From an uncultured bacterium (lineage in GTDB: Bacteria; Verrucomicrobiota; Verrucomicrobiia; Verrucomicrobiales; DEV007): a DNA stretch of 64,000 nt. The DNA lies in assembly GCA_963977015.1 (NCBI GenBank), contig CAXBMO010000001.1:448001-512000 (forward strand), in the 5' to 3' direction. A model generated the notes under the pieces. It did not search any database and had not been told where the DNA came from. It worked only from the letters and a program-made list of their open reading frames with translations. Made by a program: the position numbers and the translations under genes. Of the stretch, positions 26,149-35,128 are shown piece by piece; the stretch's first letter is position 1, and each line of letters opens with the position of its first letter.

Positions 26149-27792
26149 ATGAAAACCCTTTCCGCTTTCGTTCTTGCCGTCCTGCTCCCGCCATTTGCCT
26201 ATTCTGAAATCCCGGCCGATGAACATTTTCATGTGGAGACGGTGGTGGATGGGCTGGTCGATGCGATGGAAATCGCGCCCGATCCGTATGGGCGGGTTTT
26301 CATTGTTGAGCGAACCGGAGCGGTGAAGCTGTTCGATCCGGAAGCAGGTTCGGTCGAGACCTTGGCGTTGTTGGATGTCGCATTGCGAGACGACGGCTTT
26401 GCCCGGGAAAGCGGATTGTTAGGAGTGACGCTCGATCCCGACTTTGCGCGGAATTCCTGGATTTACCTTTTTTACTCGGACAAAGATGACCCCTTTCAGC
26501 GACTTTCGCGGTTCGAGGCGACCGACACGGCGCTCTACAACGAGGTCGTCATTCTTGAATTTGCCCATGATCGCGAGAACCACGTTTGTCACGAGGGAGG
26601 ATCGCTCGCGTTTGGGCCGGATGGGAATCTCTATCTTTCCACGGGCGACAATACGTGTCCGTTCAAGTCGAGTGGTTATGCGCCGATTGATGAAATGCCG
26701 GATCGATACTGGTATGACGCACAACGTTCCGCAGGAAACACGAACGACCTTCGCGGAAAGATCTTGCGGATCAAGCCGCTCGCAGAAGGCGGATACGCGA
26801 TTCCAAGCGGGAACCTTTTTTCGCCCAACCAACCCAAAACGCGTCCGGAAATTTACGCGATGGGATGCCGGAATCCGTTTCGGATCTCGATCGATTCGCG
26901 TTCGGGACATGTCTTTTGGGGAGAAGTGGGGCCGGACGCTGGGGTGGATTCAGAGCGGGGTTCCCGCGGGTTTGACGAGATCAACCGCGCGACAGGTCCG
27001 GGGAATTTTGGGTGGCCCTACTTCGTGGCGGACAACAAGGCGTATGCGGACTACGACTTCGCGTCGCAACAAACCAAGGCCACCTTTGTCGCCCAACGCC
27101 CCAAGAACGATTCGCCGAATTCGACCGGCCTGGGTCAGTTGCCTCCCGCCACGGAGCCGCTCTGGTTTTACCCTCGCGCATCCGCCTGTGCCGGGCCGGT
27201 TTACTACCATGACGACTTCCCGGAATCGAAAACGAAGCTGCCGAAGACCATGGATGGACGCTTGCTCGTTTACGATTGGACGAGTGCGTGGATGCGCGCG
27301 TTGCTCGTGGATGAAGACGGGAACCTGATCGCCAACGACCCCTGGCTTTCCAAGCATTTCTTCGTGCATCCGGTGGATATGGAAATGGGCATTGGCGGCG
27401 ACGTGTGGCTGCTGGAATACGGGAGCTCATGGTACGACGGCAATGATGGGAAACTCAAACGGATCAGCTATTCCGAGGAACCGCTGATTCTGGAGATTCC
27501 GGAGTCCGATCCCCGAATGACGGGTTTGGATCCCGCCCACCCAGGGACGAGCCTGATTGCCCAAACGACCTGTCTCGCGTGTCACATGACGAAGCAGAAA
27601 TCGATTGGCCCGACCTACCTGGATGTCGCCCAAAAATACAAATCGGTGACCGGCGCGCGTGAGCAGCTTGCTGAGAAAATCCTGACCGGTGGCGCCGGTG
27701 TCTGGGGAGAAGCCCCGATGCCCCCCCATGCGCAGCACAATATTGAAGAAACCCTGCAAATGGTGGATGCCATTCTGGAGATGGCCCGCTGA
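26149..27792 (+). CDS. PQQ-dependent glucose/sorbosone dehydrogenase-family protein with C-terminal class I cytochrome c
   Basis: SGLLGVTLDPDF, HEGGSLAFGPDGNLY, DLRGKILRI, MGCRNPFR; CLACH...GVWG..PMPPH. Confidence 0.9.
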   Translation: MKTLSAFVLAVLLPPFAYSEIPADEHFHVETVVDGLVDAMEIAPDPYGRVFIVERTGAVKLFDPEAGSVETLALLDVALRDDGFARESGLLGVTLDPDFARNSWIYLFYSDKDDPFQRLSRFEATDTALYNEVVILEFAHDRENHVCHEGGSLAFGPDGNLYLSTGDNTCPFKSSGYAPIDEMPDRYWYDAQRSAGNTNDLRGKILRIKPLAEGGYAIPSGNLFSPNQPKTRPEIYAMGCRNPFRISIDSRSGHVFWGEVGPDAGVDSERGSRGFDEINRATGPGNFGWPYFVADNKAYADYDFASQQTKATFVAQRPKNDSPNSTGLGQLPPATEPLWFYPRASACAGPVYYHDDFPESKTKLPKTMDGRLLVYDWTSAWMRALLVDEDGNLIANDPWLSKHFFVHPVDMEMGIGGDVWLLEYGSSWYDGNDGKLKRISYSEEPLILEIPESDPRMTGLDPAHPGTSLIAQTTCLACHMTKQKSIGPTYLDVAQKYKSVTGAREQLAEKILTGGAGVWGEAPMPPHAQHNIEETLQMVDAILEMAR

Positions 27793-27799
27793 TTGGCAA

Positions 27800-29344
27800 T
27801 CAGGCTCCGGGAAGCGCGATGGGAAGCTCGTTTGCTTTCAACTGCTCCACCCGGTGATCCTCAAAAAAGCGGCGCAGCGCGTTGGGGCCGAGGCGGCGGC
27901 GTTTCTCCGCCGTCGCGAGCATGTCCGCTCGAGCGTCAATGTCTTCCATCATCAAATCCGCCACGATTTCGATGGTCGATTCGTCCCAGTTCTTTCCAAT
28001 GAGCGTTTCCTCGACGGCGCGGCAGCGCTTGAAGGGCAGTTTCTTGTCGAATCCAGCCAATGCAATGCGCGCAAGGGTAACGCGATCGCTGCGATCCAAT
28101 TCGACGCGAAATCCGGCCCCGCCAATCACGCTTTGGTTCGTTGATCCCGGTCCAAAAATGTAGCATTGCTCGAATCCGCGCGCTTTCTCCGGTTTCGCAA
28201 CGATCACGCTTTTGAGGAGCTCGTTGGGACGCAATCCGGATTCGAAACGGGTCCGGTAGAAGGTGTCGACATCCAAATCGCGCTCGCCCTCGCCGGTTGC
28301 GATTCGAATCCTCGCGTCAGCCGTGAACAGCGGGAGGGCGGCGGTCGGCACCCGGCCGCGTTCAAGGAGATGTTCGGCGATCGTCAGCCGATTGCGATGG
28401 GGCCGGGCTTCGATGCGAGAGATCATGGCATCAATCTCGGGGAAACCTCCCGCCACGGCTTCCTGGAGAAGCGAAAGCGTGTTTTCGGCTCCGACTTCAA
28501 TCTCGTTCCCGTGAGACAAGATCAGATGCAGCTCCGCGATCCCATCCGTGGTGATCAGGCAGGCCGGCTGGAGGTCGACCGATTCTTCCCGATGCCAACT
28601 TAATCCGCTGTGTAGCAACTCCGAATCCGGATACTCGTGACGCAGGCGCAGCGTTTCCGTCATGGTTGCGGCGCGATAAAACCTCCGGCCATCTGCATCC
28701 ACATAACTAATCGGCTGCAATGTGGGGGCGACTTCGAGAAGGCGAGGGGACCAGTGATCTTGAAACGGATCGATCGCGGCGGCTTGAGTTCGGCGACGGA
28801 TCGATCCAATTCCGGTTCCTTCGGCAACATGGGCGACGCGCGACCGAATTTCGGAGACCTCGGCAAATAGTTCTTCAGAAGCGGCGTGGAGCCCTCGAAA
28901 GCCGCCGTACCGAAAGCTAAACGCTTCGTAGCCCTCCCGAACCGATGCGGGAGATGTGAGGTTCTCGCGATACCAAGCTTCAAAGAGCGCAATCGCCACC
29001 GCCCGCTGCGCGGCATTGGGCAACGCAGGTGCGTGCGTTTCGAGCAACTCCAGGGCCCGATGCTTTGGCGTTGCGCTCAACAGAAAGTCCGGCGTCCAGA
29101 ATCTTCGGCCCGCGCACATCGGCAGTGGAGTCAGCGCCGAGGGAAGCATTCGATAGGCATTGCGACCGGCTGCACAGTGATCAAGCGCGAGAAGAACATC
29201 GGGCCCGGCATTTTGCGAACCCCTTGGCGCCATCACATCGAGGAACCCGGATTCCCGAAGAAAATCGAGCAGCGTGTCCTGGCACGAGTTTCCCTCCACA
29301 GAAAAAATCGCGTCGTTAATGGTGATGGGAAACGAGCCTTGCAT
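27800..29344 (-). CDS. XdhA-like (Fe-S/FAD subunit architecture) protein with degenerate cofactor motifs
   Basis: TLLDFLRE, FYRAATMTE, IEVGAENTL, GERDLDVDTFY, LRPNELLKSV and ARIALAG...VEETLIGKNW match the XdhA layout; no Cys clusters. Confidence 0.75.
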   Translation of the reverse strand: MQGSFPITINDAIFSVEGNSCQDTLLDFLRESGFLDVMAPRGSQNAGPDVLLALDHCAAGRNAYRMLPSALTPLPMCAGRRFWTPDFLLSATPKHRALELLETHAPALPNAAQRAVAIALFEAWYRENLTSPASVREGYEAFSFRYGGFRGLHAASEELFAEVSEIRSRVAHVAEGTGIGSIRRRTQAAAIDPFQDHWSPRLLEVAPTLQPISYVDADGRRFYRAATMTETLRLRHEYPDSELLHSGLSWHREESVDLQPACLITTDGIAELHLILSHGNEIEVGAENTLSLLQEAVAGGFPEIDAMISRIEARPHRNRLTIAEHLLERGRVPTAALPLFTADARIRIATGEGERDLDVDTFYRTRFESGLRPNELLKSVIVAKPEKARGFEQCYIFGPGSTNQSVIGGAGFRVELDRSDRVTLARIALAGFDKKLPFKRCRAVEETLIGKNWDESTIEIVADLMMEDIDARADMLATAEKRRRLGPNALRRFFEDHRVEQLKANELPIALPGA

Positions 29345-29353
29345 GAAGCGGGG

Positions 29354-29382
29354 ATTCTACGGATTGAACGGGGTGGCCTCAA
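29354..29382 (-). promoter_or_regulatory. Sigma70-like promoter TTGAGG-N17-TAGAAT, 9 nt before ATG 29344
   Basis: Near-consensus hexamers with 17-bp spacing. Confidence 0.6.
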
Positions 29383-29385
29383 GTT

Positions 29386-30057
29386 TCATTCGACGGGTCT
29401 TTTGTGGAGCCAATCCGGCGATGCGTAGCGTTCTGACGCAAGCGCTTCCATTTCCGGCTCCAAGGCTGGATCGAGGGTGAAGGGGAGCATCTTGACCGTC
29501 ATCTTGGCGGCGAGGAGGTTCCAAAAGGGATCATCGAGCCCCTTCGCATGAATGCTTCCCTGGTGAAGCACTCCAAATCGGCAGCGGCGCTGCGCGGCTC
29601 CGGCGACCTTGCGCCCGCTGCAAATCACATCGCCTTCGGCCCAACCGCCGGCAAAGCAGCCTCCATTGCTGGTCGATTTTTCGGCCTCCGCCAATTCCGC
29701 AGCAAAACCAAGTTCCACCAATGCGTCCCGAATGACCGCGTGGATTTCCGCGTAGGAGACCTGCGGGCGTTCCGAGGCAAACGCTTCCGAACGGGGAATG
29801 ATGAGGCTGTAGGTGAGATCGCTTCGGTGATCGACCAATCCGCCCCCCGTCCAACGGCGAACGATCTCGGCGCCTTCCAATTCGGGAATCGACTGGAAAT
29901 AGCCGATCGAGATGGTGGGACGATCCCATCCGTAGATCCGCAAAACCGGAGCCTTTGGCTTGGAACGCAGCAAAACTTCGTCGGTGGCCATGTTTTGGGG
30001 GCCATCAAGCGTTCGGGCGTCGTGCCACACGAACATACGTTGGAAAAGTGTCGCCAA
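29386..30057 (-). CDS. Lipoate-protein ligase A / LipM-family protein
   Basis: NMATDEVLL, LRIYGW...SIGYFQ, RRWTGGG, GRKVAGAAQRR, LHQGS; alternative ATG at 30036. Confidence 0.9.
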   Translation of the reverse strand: MATLFQRMFVWHDARTLDGPQNMATDEVLLRSKPKAPVLRIYGWDRPTISIGYFQSIPELEGAEIVRRWTGGGLVDHRSDLTYSLIIPRSEAFASERPQVSYAEIHAVIRDALVELGFAAELAEAEKSTSNGGCFAGGWAEGDVICSGRKVAGAAQRRCRFGVLHQGSIHAKGLDDPFWNLLAAKMTVKMLPFTLDPALEPEMEALASERYASPDWLHKRPVE

Positions 30058-30175
30058 GAAGGGAATGAACCGGTTTCAAAAGCGGCAATGCAAGCACCAA
30101 TTCATGCGCCCAAGGTGGATTGCGGACCGTTTGATTTTACAGCGGCCCAAGCTGCTTTCAAATTCACCCAGTAAA

Positions 30176-30985
30176 ATGCCAATCTCCAAACCCAATAGCG
30201 CGCTGCTCATCGTTGGTCACGGTTCCACCGAAAATCCGGATTCCAGCACGCCAACCTTTCAACAGGCTGCCGAAATCCGGAAACGAGGCAGGTTCGGTGA
30301 AGTCCACTGTGCGTTTTGGAAAGAAGAGCCCGGATTTCGCCAGGTCGACTACATGATCGAGAGCGACGAGGTCTTTGTCGTTCCGAATTTCATCAGCGAA
30401 GGGTATTTCACGCGGGAAGTCATTCCCCGGGAGTTCGAATTGGAAGGCGCAACGAGCCAGGTTCACGGAAAAACGTGGCATTACTGCGATCCGGTGGGAA
30501 TTCACCCCAACATGTCGCGCCTGTTGCTGAAGCGGGCGGAGGAAATCGCTCCGGATGTGCCGAAAGAGGAAACCGCGCTCATCATCGTTGGGCACGGCAC
30601 CAAGTTGAACAAGAAGTCGACCGAAGCCGTTCGCGATCAGGCCAATCTCCTGCGCGAGCAGAATCACGGCTATGGCGAGGTTCTCGATGCCTACATGGAG
30701 GAAGCCCCTTTCATCGCAAAATGGGATGAACTCACCACCGCGGAAAATGTGGTGGTCGTGCCTTTCTTCATCGCCGACGGGCTCCACAGCTTCCAGGACA
30801 TTCCCGTGTTGTTGGGAATCACCGATGAGCTTCCGGCGGCGGCCAGTCAGGCGACGATTTTTCACGAGAACCCGATCCGGCTCCGAAACCGGAATCTGTA
30901 CTACAGTCGAGCCATCGGGACCGACTCCTCGATGGCTGATGTCATCATTGATCAAGTTGAATCTTATTGTGAGGACCATTCATGA
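30176..30985 (+). CDS. CbiX/SirB-like chelatase (two-domain; DR2241-associated type)
   Basis: LIVGHGS, VVPNFISEGYF, IIVGHGT and VVPFFIADGLHS motifs. Confidence 0.88.
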   Translation: MPISKPNSALLIVGHGSTENPDSSTPTFQQAAEIRKRGRFGEVHCAFWKEEPGFRQVDYMIESDEVFVVPNFISEGYFTREVIPREFELEGATSQVHGKTWHYCDPVGIHPNMSRLLLKRAEEIAPDVPKEETALIIVGHGTKLNKKSTEAVRDQANLLREQNHGYGEVLDAYMEEAPFIAKWDELTTAENVVVVPFFIADGLHSFQDIPVLLGITDELPAAASQATIFHENPIRLRNRNLYYSRAIGTDSSMADVIIDQVESYCEDHS

Positions 30986-31581
30986 ACCTTGAAAAACTAG
31001 AATCGTGGTTAGAGGCTGGCGGTGGAGTGATCGGTCAGATCAACGTTGCGCCTGAGGATGAAGGTTACACCCTCAAACACGTTGATGATCAGATGGTTGA
31101 AGGGCTCTCTGTCTATCAAATTTGGGAAGACGCACACGAGATTTGCAAATTTAATAGTGCCGGAGAATTCCGGCCGCTGAAGTCTTCTTCAGATTTGAGA
31201 ACGGGATGGCTCATGAAGCTGGGTAGCGTCGGGGACGTCCTTGCGGCTCTCGATGTTTTCTATCCGGCTGCGATCGGAATGTGGACGAAGGAGGAATTTG
31301 GGAAGCTTCGGGTAACGCCGATGATGGAAACGTTGCAGCGCCAAACCGGGATGTACCGCTTTGCGCAAACCATTTCAGAGTCTGGAAAGGAGAAGATCAT
31401 TCAGGAACGCTGCCGAAAATCCTGCCTGCGCCGCATCCTCTGGAAAGAAGGTGCCGGAGCCCAACCGGGAGAGAGCGCGGAACGGGAAATCCCGATCTAC
31501 TGCCCGGAAATTTGCAATCTGTTAGTCGCAGACGCGCGAAAGGTCGTGCGGGAAGAGCATCAGGCGCTTCACAATTCCTGA
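30982..31581 (+). CDS. DR2241-family putative 4Fe-4S protein
   Basis: GEFRPLKSSSDLRTGW, FYPAA, RQTGMYR, CRKSCLR..W and CPEICNL motifs; ATGA overlap with the CbiX gene. Confidence 0.8.
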   Translation: MNLEKLESWLEAGGGVIGQINVAPEDEGYTLKHVDDQMVEGLSVYQIWEDAHEICKFNSAGEFRPLKSSSDLRTGWLMKLGSVGDVLAALDVFYPAAIGMWTKEEFGKLRVTPMMETLQRQTGMYRFAQTISESGKEKIIQERCRKSCLRRILWKEGAGAQPGESAEREIPIYCPEICNLLVADARKVVREEHQALHNS

Positions 31582-31698
31582 CATTCCCACAGGGGACTAT
31601 CATTTATGCGAAATTTCCGGTTGCAATGTTTAGGGGGGCCGTATTATCTCAGGTAATTAGTAGTCTAACCCACTCAAAACTCATATCCCCGCAACAAT

Positions 31699-33078
31699 AT
31701 GGCCAAGGTAATAATCATTGATGACGAACCAGGCATCCTTCAAGTCATGCGTAAGCTCTGCGAACGCATGGGACACGATACCGGCGCTTACCAAAGCGGT
31801 CGGGAAGGGATGGCAGCAATCGCACAGTCTCCGCCCGAAGTACTCATCGTCGATCTCAGAATCGGGGACATGAATGGGATGGACATCATCCAGCGGTGTA
31901 ATCAGGACTTTCCGGGAATCGCCATTATCATGGTGACCGGTTACGGCACGGTTGAAACTGCGGTTGAAGCCATGAAGTTGGGAGCGTTCGACTACCTGAC
32001 AAAGCCATTCGAGCTGGATGATTTGCAGCGCACGGTCAACCGGGCGGTAAGCATGGAGAGCGGAGGCACTGCCGCGGCACCGATCGAAATCGGAACCGAT
32101 GTGGATGTTCCCGTGCCGGTTTCGAAGCTGATTGGTGAAAGCAGCCGGATGACTGAAATTCACGAGATTGTCAGTAAGATTGCCGACAACGACAGTCCAG
32201 TGCTGCTGGAAGGTGAATTTGGATCCGGAAAGCAAATGGTTGCTCGAAGCATTCACAACAACAGCAAGCGCAATGCCGCGCCGTTCAAGACGCTGCCTTG
32301 TAGTGCGCTTCCTGAAGATCTGCTGGAGATGGAACTGTTTGGTGCTCCCGGTGGTGGAGGAGAAACGATCTTTCGCCGCGCCCAGGGAGGAACGGTTTTC
32401 CTCGAGGAAATCAATCTTCTGCCAATGCGTTTGCAGTCCCAACTCGAGTCTTACTTGGAGGACATTTCCTCCCGCCGCTTGAGTGGAATGCTTCCAGACA
32501 GCCTTGATACAAGATTCATCGCGTCTTCCAATGATTCGCTGGAAGAAGCTGTCGAAAACGGAAAGTTCCGCGAGGATCTCTATTACAAGGTTTCCGTGAT
32601 TCCGATCAACGTGCCGTCGCTGCGCAATCGGAAGACGGATATTCCGTTGCTCGTCGATTATTTCCTCGATCGTTATTCAACGACAACCAATACGAAGCCC
32701 AAGAACGTTGATAAATATGCGGCTGAGTTGTTGGAAAAATATCAGTGGCCGGGCAACGTCAGCGAATTGCAGAATACGATCGAGCGCGCATGCGCCTTTG
32801 CCGAGGATAACCGCATTCGTCCCAGTGATCTGCCAGGGAAAATCACCCAGAAAGTGGAGATCACCGATGACGAGAACGATCGGATGGTTTTGCAACTTCC
32901 GATTGGCAGTTCACTTTCGGACTTCATCAAGAAACAAGAGAAAGTCTTTATTCGTGAGACCTTGAAGTATAATGAAGGCTCCCGCGAGAAGACGGCCAGC
33001 ATGCTTGGCGTAAGTATTGCAACGCTTTATCGTAAGATGGGGCTCAAGCTTGAGCGCGATAAGATCATGAGCGCATAG
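31699..33078 (+). CDS. NtrC-like response regulator (REC-AAA+-Fis HTH) lacking GAFTGA
   Basis: REC (IIDD, IVD, TKPF), GEFGSGK, FREDLYY, WPGNVSEL and LGVSIATLYRK motifs. Confidence 0.93.
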   Translation: MAKVIIIDDEPGILQVMRKLCERMGHDTGAYQSGREGMAAIAQSPPEVLIVDLRIGDMNGMDIIQRCNQDFPGIAIIMVTGYGTVETAVEAMKLGAFDYLTKPFELDDLQRTVNRAVSMESGGTAAAPIEIGTDVDVPVPVSKLIGESSRMTEIHEIVSKIADNDSPVLLEGEFGSGKQMVARSIHNNSKRNAAPFKTLPCSALPEDLLEMELFGAPGGGGETIFRRAQGGTVFLEEINLLPMRLQSQLESYLEDISSRRLSGMLPDSLDTRFIASSNDSLEEAVENGKFREDLYYKVSVIPINVPSLRNRKTDIPLLVDYFLDRYSTTTNTKPKNVDKYAAELLEKYQWPGNVSELQNTIERACAFAEDNRIRPSDLPGKITQKVEITDDENDRMVLQLPIGSSLSDFIKKQEKVFIRETLKYNEGSREKTASMLGVSIATLYRKMGLKLERDKIMSA

Positions 33079-33106
33079 AACAGCACTCCTGATTCTACAC
33101 TTTATC

Positions 33107-33141
33107 AAAAGAGGCATCCAATCGGGTGCCTCTTTTTTTTT
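33107..33141 (+). terminator. Intrinsic terminator, probably bidirectional
   Basis: AAAAGAGGCATCC-aatc-GGGTGCCTCTTTT hairpin with a long T run, between convergent genes. Confidence 0.88.
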
Positions 33142-33144
33142 GCT

Positions 33145-35037
33145 CTATGCCTCTGACGCAACTCGAACTTTTTCGAGTTCTTCCCACCGCGAGAAGAGTT
33201 CCTCCAGCTTTTTTTGAAGCGTGTCTCGTTCTTCCGTCATGGCTTCCGCTTCGCTGCCGTGGTTCTGATAGAAATCCGGAGCCGCAAAGAGATTCTCGAT
33301 CTCCTCGATTCTCGTCTCCGCTTCAAGAATGGCGGGCTCAATGCCTTCCAATTCCTTGTTTTCGCTCCAGGTCAGTTTGCGGGGACGGTCCTTTTTCTCA
33401 CGCGACGTCTTCTTCTTCGCCGGTTGTTTTCCCGTGGACCGAAGCTTGTTTCTGCGTTCGCCCCGCTTCTCTGCATAGTAGCTGTAGTTTCCTTCCTGCA
33501 GTATAACCTGACCATCTCCCTCAAAGGCCAGGATCCGGTCGGAGACCCGATCCAGAAAGTATCGATCGTGGCTGACGACGAGAACGACGCCGGTGAAGGA
33601 TAGAATCGCTTCTTCAAGCACGCGAAGCGTCGCCAGATCCAGATCATTGGTCGGTTCATCCAGGATAAGGAAGTTTCCCCCGGCGTGAAGAATCTTCGCC
33701 AACATGACCCGGTTCTGTTCGCCGCCGGACAAGGTGTCGATGCGAGCATGGACGGTTTCGTCGTTAAACAGAAAGCGTGAAAGATAACTACGGATGTGAA
33801 GCTTTTGGTTTCCGAACTGGACGAAATCCGAGCCGGCACCGACTTCCTCAATCATGCTTCGCGATCCATCAATCACCATGCGGTTCTGGTCTGCATAGTT
33901 GAACTCGGTTTTCTGGCCAATGGTAACCTGGCCTTCGTCGGGCTCCAGCAACCCCATCATGATCCGAATCAGAGTGGTTTTCCCCAAGCCGTTTCGGCCG
34001 ATCACTCCCGTGCAGGTTCCCGCTTCAAAATCCAGATTCAATCCCCTGAAGAGTTGCTTGCCGCCCAGGTTGATTCCCACCTTCTCCAGTTTAACGACCA
34101 CGTTTCCCAGTTTGGGGGCGGGAGGGATGATGATCTGAGCATTCAACTCTTCCTCGGGAGCATCCTGGCCTTCTGCTTCATAAAAGCGGTCGAGCCGGGA
34201 TTGCTCTTTGGTTCGGCGCGCCTGAACTCCAGCGCGAACCCATTTCAATTCGCGGCGAAGAAAGCTTTGCCGCCGAGCTTCGGTGTTCGCATCAATGGCC
34301 TGACGTTCGGCTTTTCCGGCCAGATACTCAGAATAGCCGCCTTCATGAGTGTAAAAGCGCCCACCGCTCAATTCCGCCATCCGGTTGGTGACGCGGTCGA
34401 GAAAGTAACGGTCGTGAGTCACGAAAACGCAGGCGCCTTGATACGCCTTCATGAACTCTTCCAGCCACTCGATCGATTCGGCGTCCAAATGGTTGGTCGG
34501 CTCGTCGAGAATGAGCAGTTCCGGCTCACCGACGATTGCCCGGCACAGGGCGACTCTGCGGCGTTCTCCTCCCGACAGCTCACCCACTTTTCGAGACGCT
34601 CCGGCGACGCTCAGCGCCTTCATCGCGGTCTCAATCCGGGGTTCCAGACTCCAGCCGTTTTGAGCTTCGATCTGGTTCTGCAGGGTGGCGAGGCGGCTTT
34701 CGGACGCGTTTCCCGTCTCAAATTCCTCGACGAGATCGAGGATGTGTCGGGCTCCATCGCGAACGTTCTCAATCACGGTGCGGTCATTATCGAGCTCAAA
34801 ATCCTGGGGCAGGTAGCCGACGACGAGCCCATTGCGCCAGGCGACTTCCCCGTCATCCGGCGCATCGACCTTGGCGAGAATTTTGAGAAAGCTGGATTTT
34901 CCACATCCATTGCGGCCGACGATTCCCAATTTGTCCCCCGCATGGAGGGTCAAGGCTGCGTCATCCAGCACAATTTGGGTGCTGAACCGGAGTTTCAGGT
35001 TTTTACAGGTTGCGAGGACAGGTGCCAGTTCGGCCAT
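33145..35037 (-). CDS. uup: ABC-F ATPase (Uup-like)
   Basis: Two ABC domains (GRNGCGKS, LSGGE, LDEPTNHLD; GRNGLGKT, LDEPTNDLD), no TM, C-terminal KLTW.E..EL coiled-coil. Confidence 0.9.
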   Translation of the reverse strand: MAELAPVLATCKNLKLRFSTQIVLDDAALTLHAGDKLGIVGRNGCGKSSFLKILAKVDAPDDGEVAWRNGLVVGYLPQDFELDNDRTVIENVRDGARHILDLVEEFETGNASESRLATLQNQIEAQNGWSLEPRIETAMKALSVAGASRKVGELSGGERRRVALCRAIVGEPELLILDEPTNHLDAESIEWLEEFMKAYQGACVFVTHDRYFLDRVTNRMAELSGGRFYTHEGGYSEYLAGKAERQAIDANTEARRQSFLRRELKWVRAGVQARRTKEQSRLDRFYEAEGQDAPEEELNAQIIIPPAPKLGNVVVKLEKVGINLGGKQLFRGLNLDFEAGTCTGVIGRNGLGKTTLIRIMMGLLEPDEGQVTIGQKTEFNYADQNRMVIDGSRSMIEEVGAGSDFVQFGNQKLHIRSYLSRFLFNDETVHARIDTLSGGEQNRVMLAKILHAGGNFLILDEPTNDLDLATLRVLEEAILSFTGVVLVVSHDRYFLDRVSDRILAFEGDGQVILQEGNYSYYAEKRGERRNKLRSTGKQPAKKKTSREKKDRPRKLTWSENKELEGIEPAILEAETRIEEIENLFAAPDFYQNHGSEAEAMTEERDTLQKKLEELFSRWEELEKVRVASEA

Positions 35038-35128
35038 CCGACCATTTAGTGTGCAAAGCCGCTGAAATCAATCCTGTGCAGTGACCTGATTGACGATCGA
35101 TCGGGAATGGGCCACGCTCCTCGCCCCT

